Below, piece after piece: positions 48,173 through 56,663 of a stretch of 64,000 nt of DNA. A model generated the notes under the pieces. It was not told the DNA's origin, ran no database searches, and was given only the letters and a program-made list of their open reading frames with translations. Origin of the DNA: an uncultured Chloroflexia bacterium (GTDB lineage: Bacteria; Chloroflexota; Limnocylindria; Limnocylindrales; CSP1-4); NCBI GenBank assembly GCA_963775855.1, contig CAVZKO010000008.1, forward strand, positions 3,422 through 67,421, read 5' to 3'. Every line of letters starts with the position of its first letter. Positions within the stretch are counted from its first letter, which is position 1. Made by a program: the position numbers and the translations under genes.

Positions 48173-49010
48173 GTGCCTGCCGAACAAATCGCGGAGAACC
48201 TCGCGTTCATCAACTGGACCGTCCTGACGGCTCTCGCCATCGGGTCGTTCGGGGCGGTTGCGCTGGCCAGCCTCCGGACCGAGGCGACCCGCGGCTTCCT
48301 GGCGTTCACGGCGGGCTGCGCGGTCGTCCTTGCGGTTCTCGCCTTTGCGTCCGACCAGGCGTTGCCCGCCACGCTTGGCGGCTCGCCGATCGTCGCCGAT
48401 GCGTCGTTCGACATGCCCCGGCGGATTGCCCTCGGAGCGTTCGGCGGTACTCGCGGCGGCCTACACGATCGCCCTGATCCGGCGCCGCCGCGAACCGCTC
48501 CTCGCCGGGGCCGCGATGCTCGCCGCGGCGGCGGTCCTGATCTGTGCGGCGCTTGCCTGGGGCGGTGGGTCATTCGGGGCGGTGCCGCTCCTGCTCCAGC
48601 TGGTGGTCCTCGCGGTGGCCACGGGCGGCGTGTTCGCCGCGATGATCCTCGGCCACTGGTATCTCGTGACCCCGAAACTGCCCGAGGCGCCGCTCATCCT
48701 CATCGCTCGGTTGCTCCTCGCGGTCGTCGTGATCCAGATCGTGCTGTTCGCGGTGTGGGTCGCGACCGGGGCCGGACCTGCCGGTGGCGCACCGTTCGCC
48801 GTCCTCGTCGGCCAGTGGGCGCTCTTCGTCTGGCTGCGATTGATCGTCGGCCTCGTGTTCCCGCTCGTCGTGTCGTGGGCCGCCGTGCAGACCGCGCGGT
48901 CGCGGTCGATGGAATCGGCGACGGGGCTGCTCTACATCAATGTCGGCTCGATAGCGGCCGGGACGATCCTGGCCGCCGGGCTCTATTTCGGCGCGGGGCT
49001 CCTGGTATGA
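48173..49010 (+). CDS. Multi-pass membrane protein with MILGHWYLV motif (frameshift near 48444)
   Basis: Hydrophobic coding runs through ORF 48173 and continues in the frame of ORF 48258-49010. TACACT-N6-GTG start. Confidence 0.6.
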
Positions 49011-49041
49011 CCGGCCGGCGCCGGTGACGGCCGAAATCGCG

Positions 49042-49839
49042 ATGCGAGTCAGGGTGCGGCTGTTCGCGATCCAGCGCGAATTGGTCGGAGCTCGCGAGGT
49101 CGAGCTGGAGCTGCCCCACGGAGCATCGATCGAGAACGCCTGGTCGGCGCTCATCGACCTCCACCCGACGCTTGCGCCGGGCCGGGCGTATGTCCAATTC
49201 GCGAGGAACGCTGACTACGCCGACCCCGACACTCCGCTCGCCGATGGCGACGAGCTGGCGATCATCCCGCCGGTGAGCGGCGGGGCGGGATCGAGCGGTG
49301 ACCGCGCGGGCGGAGGCGGCGGCGCCTCCCGGATCCTGGAGCTCCGCGACGAGCCATTCGGACCGTCCATCCTCGCCGAGCTTGGCGACCGGCTCGCGAC
49401 CGACGCGGACGGCGCGGTCGTCGGGTTCATCGGCCGGACGCGCGAATCGCCGGGAACGCCGGCACCGGGGCAGGAAGCGGAGGCAGCCCGACACGCTGGC
49501 CGTTTCGTCGAATCGCTCGGCTACGAGGCGCACGAGCCGATGGTCCTCTCGATCCTCGGCCAGATCGCCGACGAGATCGCGGAACGTTTCGGCGTGGAGC
49601 GGATCGCCATCGTCCACCGGACCGGCGACGTGCCGCTCGGCGAAGCTAGCGTGGCGATCGTCGCCGTGTCACCGCATCGGGACGCGGCATTCGACGCCGC
49701 TCGATACGCGATCGACGAAACGAAGGCGAGGGCGCCGATCTGGAAGGCGGAGCGGTTCGCGGACGGCCACGTGTGGGTCGGTGAGCCGGCGCGCGTCCGG
49801 CCCACGACCGCGAGCGAGGCGAACGAGGAGGGCCGGTGA
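49042..49839 (+). CDS. Fused molybdopterin synthase MoaD-MoaE
   Basis: VRVRLFA...DGDELAIIPPVSGG (MoaD with internal GG), then GAVVGFIGRTR, YEAHEPM, HRTGDVPLGEAS, ETKARAPIWKAE (MoaE). Confidence 0.88.
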   Translation: MRVRVRLFAIQRELVGAREVELELPHGASIENAWSALIDLHPTLAPGRAYVQFARNADYADPDTPLADGDELAIIPPVSGGAGSSGDRAGGGGGASRILELRDEPFGPSILAELGDRLATDADGAVVGFIGRTRESPGTPAPGQEAEAARHAGRFVESLGYEAHEPMVLSILGQIADEIAERFGVERIAIVHRTGDVPLGEASVAIVAVSPHRDAAFDAARYAIDETKARAPIWKAERFADGHVWVGEPARVRPTTASEANEEGR

Positions 49840-50663
49840 AGGTCTACATCAGCGTCGACATGGAGGGGATCGCAGGCGTCAGCCACCCGAAGCCGACCGA
49901 ACGGGCGGACAGCGGTTACCCGGCAGCGGTGGACCTCATGGTCGGCGAGGCGAACGCCGCGATCGAGGGGGCACTTGCCGGTGGCGCGACCGAGGTCCTC
50001 GTGAACGACAGCCACGGCGGAATGTTCAACCTCCGCCCGGCCGATCTCCACCCGGGAGCCCGTGTCCTACAGGGCCAGAAGGCGTGGTCGATGGTCGCGG
50101 GCGCCGGTCCGGACGCAGGGTTCGGTGTCGCGCTCTTCGTCGGGTACCACGCTCGCGCGGGCCATCCCACCGGAACGATCGCCCACACGTTTTCCGGGCG
50201 ACCGACCCTCACCCGGCTCAACGGACGGCTCGTCGGGGAGACGGGGATCAACGCCTCGGTGCTGGGCGCCTGGGGGATTCCGGTCGGGCTCGTCGCCGGC
50301 GACGACGCGCTGGCTGGCGAGGTCGCCGACTGGCTGCCATGGGCCGAGCGGGTCGTGGTCAAGGAGGGCAGCGGCGGCAACGCCGCCGCTTCCCTTCATC
50401 CGACGCTTGCCGCCGGCCTCGTCCGAGCCGGAGCTGAGCGAGCCGTTCGCCGGGCCGTGGCGGGCGAGCTCGAGCCGCTCGTCGTCCCGCCGCCCGTCGT
50501 CATCGAGGTCGAGTACCGCAACGCGATCGCCGCCGACTATGCCGCGATCGTCCCCGGTGTCGAGCGGATTGGGGATCGGGGCGTCCGTTTCGAGGCCGCC
50601 GACCCAGTGACCGCCTATCGCGGATTCCTCGCAGGCGTACGGCTGGCGGGCATCGTCGACTGA
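49836..50663 (+). CDS. dppA: D-aminopeptidase, M55 family
   Basis: KVYISVDMEG, VNDSHG, FVGYHA, AHTFS, AGDD. Confidence 0.9.
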   Translation: MKVYISVDMEGIAGVSHPKPTERADSGYPAAVDLMVGEANAAIEGALAGGATEVLVNDSHGGMFNLRPADLHPGARVLQGQKAWSMVAGAGPDAGFGVALFVGYHARAGHPTGTIAHTFSGRPTLTRLNGRLVGETGINASVLGAWGIPVGLVAGDDALAGEVADWLPWAERVVVKEGSGGNAAASLHPTLAAGLVRAGAERAVRRAVAGELEPLVVPPPVVIEVEYRNAIAADYAAIVPGVERIGDRGVRFEAADPVTAYRGFLAGVRLAGIVD

Positions 50664-50800
50664 CCCTCACAATCACCGGCCCCCGACTTTCTGATACGGA
50701 TTTCGCACAATTGGGGGGTAAGTAGTAATGAATTCTGGTGATGTCTGCGCCCACCCCACCCGATACGATGGAATGACACCATCCAGCCAATCAGGGAGTC

Positions 50801-52657
50801 GTGACAAGCCACCAACGCAGTCGCCCGGCGACGCCTGGGGTCACGGATCCCGGGCATAACTCTGCGCGCGGCGAGGCGCTCCTCCGCGCCACGAATGAGT
50901 TCCTTCGGGCCGACGACCTGCCTGCCCTGGGTCATGCGGTCACCGACGCCGCTCTCGCGATGTTCGGCGAATCGAAGGCGGCCGTCACCCTGGCCCGAGC
51001 CGATGGCTCGATGGAGCTCATGTCGACTGCCGGCCTGTCGACGGCCGAAATCGACAAACTCGAACCCCTCGTTGCGGAAGACGGTCGCCTGCTGGCTTCG
51101 GTGATCGCCGGCGAGGAGCTCTGGTCGGACGAGGGTGCCGCCGAGGATCTCCAGGCCCGGGTCGCCGCATGGGGTGGGGGTTCGGGGCTCAGCATCCCGA
51201 TCTGTTCGAGTACGGGCGTCGCCGGCATCCTCAGCATGATGTTCGCCGAACAGCGCGTCTTCGATCCCGGGTTCCGGGACTCGATCCGCAACCTCGCCGC
51301 GCAGGCCGGACTCGCCCACGAGCTGATCGCGGCCCGGGACGACTTGCGCCGGGCGGCGTCGGACGCCGATGCTCAGCGGCGGATCGCGACGGCATTCTTC
51401 GAGGTGGCGACTCGCCTGTCGACCGTGACTGATGTGAATTCGGTCCCGGGTGAGCTCACCAGCGCGATTCGCGAGGCCACGGACGCGGCGACGGCCGGCG
51501 TGGCGCTCCGGCAAGGCGACACCGAGGAGTTCACCTTCGTTGTGACCCAAGGCCTGTCGCCGGAGCAGGCGGCAAGGCTCGCCTCGGTGCCCGTCACCTC
51601 AGAGAACTACCCGCACCTGCGGGATCTGCTCGACGGCAAGGTGCTCGCCTGGACCGCCCCCACGGAGGCCGCCGTTCGCCTCGACCTTGGTGGTGGCGCG
51701 GCTGCGCCGATCATCGCCGACGGCAAGGTTCGCGGCTTCCTGAGCATCACGGTCGCACCGGGCGACACATTCGATGTCGACCGCTGGAAGGAGCTGGCGC
51801 AGGGTTTCGCGTCGGTCGCCGCCACCGCCATCTCGCGTGGCGATGCTCTCGCCGAGCTCCGCGACCAGCGCGAGCTCCTCGCCTCCTCGGTCGCCGAGCG
51901 GACCGTCCAGTTGCGCGGCGCAATCGAGGAGCTGCGCAACGCAAGCCAGGCGAAGACCGACTTTCTCACCAATGTCAGCCACGAGTTGCGGACCCCGCTC
52001 ACGGCCATCCTCGGTTTCAGCGAGGTGCTGCTCAGAGGCGACGACGGTCCGCTCAACCCGCGCCAGCACGAGGACGTCACGACCGTCCTGTCGAGCGGCC
52101 GGCGGCTTCTCGACCTGATCGACGACCTCATCGACATCTCGCGGATCGAGGGCAATCGGCTGGAGCTCGACATGCAGCCGCTCGATCTCGGGCCGCTGTT
52201 GTCCGGCGCCGTCGAGGAGCTGCGCGCGCTGGCAGGAGCGAAGGGCATCGGGTTGAAGTTCGCCCAGGCCCCCGACTCGATGACCGTCGTCGCAGACCGG
52301 GTGCGGCTCCACGAGGTCTTCCTGAATCTCGTTTCGAATGCGGTGAAGTTCACCCAACCAGGCGGGACCGTCCGGGTTGCGGCCGGCATCGAAGCGCCCG
52401 CTGACTCCGCGTCGAACCCGATGGTCCGGATCGATGTCATCGACACCGGGATTGGCGTCCCGGAGGCGGAGCGCGAGCAAATCTTCGAGAAGTTCCACCG
52501 AATCGCAGGACCCGAGTACCCGGGGACGGGGCTGGGGCTCTCGATCGCGCGCGAGCTTGTTTTGCGCCATGGCGGGACGCTCACCCTCGAGTCCACCGTG
52601 GGCCTGGGCAGCCGCTTCTCCGTATTGTTTCCCCTGGCAGCGGCGCCAGCCCGCTGA
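50801..52657 (+). CDS. Cytoplasmic GAF-GAF sensor histidine kinase
   Basis: H-box NVSHELRTPL, N-box NLVSNAVKFT, G1 DTGIGV, F-box FEKF, G2 GTGLGLSI. Confidence 0.92.
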   Translation: MTSHQRSRPATPGVTDPGHNSARGEALLRATNEFLRADDLPALGHAVTDAALAMFGESKAAVTLARADGSMELMSTAGLSTAEIDKLEPLVAEDGRLLASVIAGEELWSDEGAAEDLQARVAAWGGGSGLSIPICSSTGVAGILSMMFAEQRVFDPGFRDSIRNLAAQAGLAHELIAARDDLRRAASDADAQRRIATAFFEVATRLSTVTDVNSVPGELTSAIREATDAATAGVALRQGDTEEFTFVVTQGLSPEQAARLASVPVTSENYPHLRDLLDGKVLAWTAPTEAAVRLDLGGGAAAPIIADGKVRGFLSITVAPGDTFDVDRWKELAQGFASVAATAISRGDALAELRDQRELLASSVAERTVQLRGAIEELRNASQAKTDFLTNVSHELRTPLTAILGFSEVLLRGDDGPLNPRQHEDVTTVLSSGRRLLDLIDDLIDISRIEGNRLELDMQPLDLGPLLSGAVEELRALAGAKGIGLKFAQAPDSMTVVADRVRLHEVFLNLVSNAVKFTQPGGTVRVAAGIEAPADSASNPMVRIDVIDTGIGVPEAEREQIFEKFHRIAGPEYPGTGLGLSIARELVLRHGGTLTLESTVGLGSRFSVLFPLAAAPAR

Positions 52658-52659
52658 TC

Positions 52660-53055
52660 GTGACCGAACGCCCGCCGCTCATCCTCGTAGTCGACGACAC
52701 GGTGGAAACGCGGCGGCTGATGCGGCGTCTCCTCGAGCGTGGCGGGTTCCGCGTGATCGAAGCGGCGACGGGTGAGGAAGCGCTTCGTTCGATCGAGTCG
52801 GGCCGGCCTCAGCTCGTCGTCCTCGACCTGCGCCTTCCCGGAATGTCGGGCTTCGATGTCGCCCGCGCCGTGCGCGCGAGCGCCGATCCGATCATGGCGG
52901 CGACATTCCTCCTCGCCTGCAGCGCTTCGGTCCAGGCGGAGGTTCGCCGAGAGGCCCTCGATGCCGGCTGCGACGACTTCGAGGGCAAGCCGTTCGACGT
53001 TCGCCGGTTCGCCGATCGCATCCGCGAGCTGATCGCACAGCCCGGGCGCTCCTAG
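52660..53055 (+). CDS. Single-domain (CheY-like) response regulator
   Basis: LVVDD, LDLRLPGMSG (phospho-Asp), GKPF. Confidence 0.9.
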   Translation: MTERPPLILVVDDTVETRRLMRRLLERGGFRVIEAATGEEALRSIESGRPQLVVLDLRLPGMSGFDVARAVRASADPIMAATFLLACSASVQAEVRREALDAGCDDFEGKPFDVRRFADRIRELIAQPGRS

Positions 53056-53167
53056 CGCCATACTCAGCCCCTCACGGTGCCCGCGATCCGCGTGGCGGAC
53101 GGGCGCCGAGCTGTCGCGGGGAGGCCGTGTCGAGGGCGGAGTTCACACCACTGACGCGCCGCACGGA

Positions 53168-54781
53168 GTGGCCAAGGAGCGAACGGTGAGCGCCGTGTCC
53201 GCGCCGTTCGGGCCGCTCGATCGCCTCGCGGAACGGGCCGAGACGCTGGCCGGCGCCTGGGCGGCGCGGGCCCGGGCGTCGACGACCGTCGGGCGCGAGC
53301 GGGCGCTCCTGCGCCTGTGCGGCGTGGGTGGCCTCGATGGGGCGGGCCGGCCACTGGCCTGGTCGGTCGTGGACCGCTATCTCGCCGGTCGCCGCGGTCG
53401 TCTCGGCAGCGGGCTGCTCCTGCCGTTTGCGATGGCCCTCGTTGAGTACGACCTCCAGCCGCAGCGCCTCGCGCTCGACGTCGCGTCGGGGGCGGTCGAT
53501 CTCGGGATGGAGGCGGAGCTCCTCCGTGAATCGGACCGCCGGGCCGTCGCTGAGGAGGAGGCCCGACGGCTGGCGGCAGCGGCCATCGACCGGATCGATG
53601 CCAACCGGACCGCCCGGCGCGAGCTGCTCGACGTGCTCGGCGACCCGCCGCGGCCGTGGATCGGAATGACCCTGGCCGACCCCGATATCGACGCAGCGCT
53701 CACGGCGGCCCGTCGGGCCCTCGATGCCGGGGTCGATCTCGTCCAGGTCGCGGTCCCGATCGGTCGCGAGCTCGCCGATCGACTCCGTGACGCGGGACTC
53801 GAGGCGCCCGTGTGGCGACCGCGCGACGGCGAGGGCGCGTCTGCCGAGGCGGACCACGCCCCGACCGGCAGCCAGCGGGCCCTCACAGCACTGCGGCGAC
53901 ACCTCGACGAGATCGCCGCACAGCGCCGCAACTACGTCCGTTTGGCCGCGATCCCGCCGGCCCTCGGCGGGCCCGAGCTGGCCGTCGTGGCCGCGTTCGA
54001 GCGGGTCGACGTGGCCGATGCCGACGTCATGACCGAGATCGTCGGAGGGCGGGTCGCTCCCGAGCGAGCGCTCGCCGACCACGCGTTCGCCCACGCGCTC
54101 CTCGCCCGCGCCGGCGTGATCGTGTCGCTGTCGGCCGGGCCGCTCGTCGTGGCGCCAGACCTCGCCAGCGGCGTGCCATCCGATCCTGCGACCCGCGCCG
54201 GCCGGGCGCTCGCGCTGCAGGCGCTGTCGGTGGCGATTGCCCGCGGCAACGGGCTGTCCCCCGATCAGCTGATCATCGGGGCGATGCCGTCATGGCTGGT
54301 CGGGGAGTCGCAGCCCGCGGCCCGGGCGGCCGCCGAGGTCGCCATCCGCCGGACGCTGTTCGCCGGGATGTCCCTGACGTTCGAGGAACCGGCGGGCGAC
54401 ATGCGGCGGTCGGCTACGGAGACCTGGTCGGCGATCGTGGCCGCGATCGCACCGTCCGGCCCGACCGGCGGGCTGATCCTCCTCCGCGCCTCGCCCGATT
54501 CGGATCGGGCTGCGGCCCGCGCGCGGCTGACCTCGCGGGTCGCCGCGGAGCTGGAGGGATCGTTGACCCGGCCGGAGCTCTCGGGAGTCGCCCTCGACCA
54601 CGCCCGATCGACCGTGACCGCGGCCGTCGCAACCCTCGACCTTCTGGCCGATCGTGGCTGGCGCTCGGTCCTCGGGGACTCGCCGGATGGCCGGGACCAG
54701 GCAAGGCTCGGCGCCGACTCGGTGGCGGAGCGGACCGAGACGTTCGATCCGTTCGCGGCCGCGCTGGCTGCCGTCAGCTGA
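53168..54781 (+). CDS. Divergent D-lysine 5,6-aminomutase alpha-subunit (KamD)-like protein
   Basis: STTVGRERALLRLCGV...PL..SVVD resembles KamD HTTVTVERAVCRLLGI...PLPNIVVD (recalled). Similar length, but PLP-site motifs are not recognisable. Confidence 0.6.
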   Translation: MAKERTVSAVSAPFGPLDRLAERAETLAGAWAARARASTTVGRERALLRLCGVGGLDGAGRPLAWSVVDRYLAGRRGRLGSGLLLPFAMALVEYDLQPQRLALDVASGAVDLGMEAELLRESDRRAVAEEEARRLAAAAIDRIDANRTARRELLDVLGDPPRPWIGMTLADPDIDAALTAARRALDAGVDLVQVAVPIGRELADRLRDAGLEAPVWRPRDGEGASAEADHAPTGSQRALTALRRHLDEIAAQRRNYVRLAAIPPALGGPELAVVAAFERVDVADADVMTEIVGGRVAPERALADHAFAHALLARAGVIVSLSAGPLVVAPDLASGVPSDPATRAGRALALQALSVAIARGNGLSPDQLIIGAMPSWLVGESQPAARAAAEVAIRRTLFAGMSLTFEEPAGDMRRSATETWSAIVAAIAPSGPTGGLILLRASPDSDRAAARARLTSRVAAELEGSLTRPELSGVALDHARSTVTAAVATLDLLADRGWRSVLGDSPDGRDQARLGADSVAERTETFDPFAAALAAVS

Positions 54782-54819
54782 CCGGCGCCGCCCCGGCCCG
54801 GACGCCCGCCGGGCAAGGG

Positions 54820-55083
54820 TCAGCCCCCGGATACCGCCGGGATGACGTGGATGACGGACTCCGATCCGAGCGGAGTCGCCAGGGACGCCGGCTCGCCGTC
54901 GACGAACACGTTGATGTGCCGCCGGATCGTCGGCCCCGAGTCGACCAGTCGGTTGCGGATGCCGGGCGCGACCTCGTCGAGCCGATCGATCGCTTCGGCC
55001 ACGCTCGCCGCCTCGACCTCGCAGCGCCGCGGGGCGGCGGGAATCAATGAGACGAGCGAACGTGGCAGGAGGATCGTCGCCAC
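54820..55083 (-). CDS. MoaD/ThiS ubiquitin-like sulfur-carrier family protein
   Basis: HINVFVDGE...VIHVIPAVSGG with C-terminal di-Gly. Confidence 0.88.
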   Translation of the reverse strand: MATILLPRSLVSLIPAAPRRCEVEAASVAEAIDRLDEVAPGIRNRLVDSGPTIRRHINVFVDGEPASLATPLGSESVIHVIPAVSGG

Positions 55084-55088
55084 GGCGG

Positions 55089-56159
55089 TCAGTCGACGAC
55101 GAGCGTCTCGACGCTCCAGATCGGCGGCAGGTTGGCGGCCACGACATTCCAGGTCTGGCCCTCGTCAGTCGACCCGTAGAGCTGGCCGGTGCTCGTCCCG
55201 AAGAAGACCCCGACCGGTTCGAGTTGGTCGATGGCGAGCGCCTCGCGCAGGACGCCGACGAACGCGTTCTCCTGTGGCAGGCCGTCGCCGTGTCGCTCCC
55301 AGCTGTCCCCGCGGTCGCGCGTCCGCCACACCGCCAACGCTGCGTCGGGGGCAAGCCTGCCCTCTTCGGGATGGGTCATCGGGATGACCCACCCGGTATT
55401 CACATCGCGCGGATGGGCGGCCATCACGAACCCGAATTCCGACGGCAGGCCCTCGCTGATGTCTTCCCAACTCAGCCCGGCGTCGGCCGAGCGATACACG
55501 CCGGAATGGTTCTGCTGGTAGAAGCGGTCCGGATCGCCCGCGGCCATGACGAGCTTGTGGACGCACTGGCCGGTCTCCGGGTAGAGATCCGGCCCGCCGA
55601 CGGCCGCAACCCCGCGATTGCGGGCCTCCCAGGTCGCGCCGTCATCTTCCGTCGCGAACGTGCCGACCGCGCTGATCGCGACCCACATCCTGGCCGCATC
55701 CATAGGATGGGGAACGATCGTGTGGCAGATGAGGCCGCCTGCTCCCGGTTGCCAGCCCGGCCGGCTCGGGTGATCGCGCAGGCCCGACACGTGAGACCAC
55801 GTCGCGCCGTCGTCGTCGCTCCGGAAGAGCCCGGCCGGCTCGACGCCGGCCCAGATCGAACCGTGAGCCGCGGTGACGTTCCAGATCGTCGGGATCTTCG
55901 GCCCGTCGTCGCCGTACGTCAGGCCTTCGGACGAGTGCGTCCATGTCGAACCCAGGTCCTCGCTCCGGAATACGGCTGGCCCGTACCAGGGCGATCCGCC
56001 GGCGGCCAGGATCGCCCCGGTCGCCGGGTCGACCGACAGGTCGTAAATCGGCCAGCCCTCGCAGAGCGGCCCGCGCAGCGACCACGACGTTCGATTCGCA
56101 TCGCCGTCGAACAGGAAGGCACCCTTCGGCGTGCCGACGAGCAGCATGTGGCGTGTCAT
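55089..56159 (-). CDS. BNR/Asp-box (sialidase-like) beta-propeller protein
   Basis: Six Asp-box motifs (SEDLGSTW, SDDDGATW, TEDDGATW, SADAGLSW, TRDRGDSW, STDEGQTW). No signal peptide. Confidence 0.85.
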   Translation of the reverse strand: MTRHMLLVGTPKGAFLFDGDANRTSWSLRGPLCEGWPIYDLSVDPATGAILAAGGSPWYGPAVFRSEDLGSTWTHSSEGLTYGDDGPKIPTIWNVTAAHGSIWAGVEPAGLFRSDDDGATWSHVSGLRDHPSRPGWQPGAGGLICHTIVPHPMDAARMWVAISAVGTFATEDDGATWEARNRGVAAVGGPDLYPETGQCVHKLVMAAGDPDRFYQQNHSGVYRSADAGLSWEDISEGLPSEFGFVMAAHPRDVNTGWVIPMTHPEEGRLAPDAALAVWRTRDRGDSWERHGDGLPQENAFVGVLREALAIDQLEPVGVFFGTSTGQLYGSTDEGQTWNVVAANLPPIWSVETLVVD

Positions 56160-56190
56160 CCGAAGCCCTCTCTCATCTCGGTTCGTTGGT

Positions 56191-56658
56191 TCAGTTGCCA
56201 GCCTTGAACGGGTAGACGACCCAGTGATCGGTCGTGACCGCGTGATGGTCGGGGCGGCCGGGGACCTTCGAGCGTTCTGGTTTGTAATGGAGCACAGCGG
56301 TCGTCGGGATGCCGCCCGCCTGGCGGACTCGCTCCGTGACGGCGTGGATCGTCGTCCCGCTGTCCCAGACCTCGTCGACGATGAGCACCCGCTGGCCGCG
56401 CAGTTGCGGATCGGCCGGGAACTGGAGGAACGTCGGCCTCGGACCGGGCCGCCCCTCGTCGTCGTAGTACTCGACGGCCGCCACGAGGATGTTCCGGATA
56501 CCGAGCCGATAGGCCAGCATGCCCGCCGGAACCAGGCCGCCGCGGGTGATCGCGAGCATGACGTCGTAGTCGCCCCGGACCGCGTCCGCGACGTCGGCGA
56601 CCATCGCCGCGAGCTCATCCCAGGAGACGATGTCCTTCTCGACGCCGACCTCGACCAT
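56191..56658 (-). CDS. Type I phosphoribosyltransferase (Gpt/XGPRT-like)
   Basis: LAITRGGLVPA, RVLIVDEVWDSGTT, WVVYPF. Confidence 0.85.
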   Translation of the reverse strand: MVEVGVEKDIVSWDELAAMVADVADAVRGDYDVMLAITRGGLVPAGMLAYRLGIRNILVAAVEYYDDEGRPGPRPTFLQFPADPQLRGQRVLIVDEVWDSGTTIHAVTERVRQAGGIPTTAVLHYKPERSKVPGRPDHHAVTTDHWVVYPFKAGN

Positions 56659-56663
56659 GCCCG

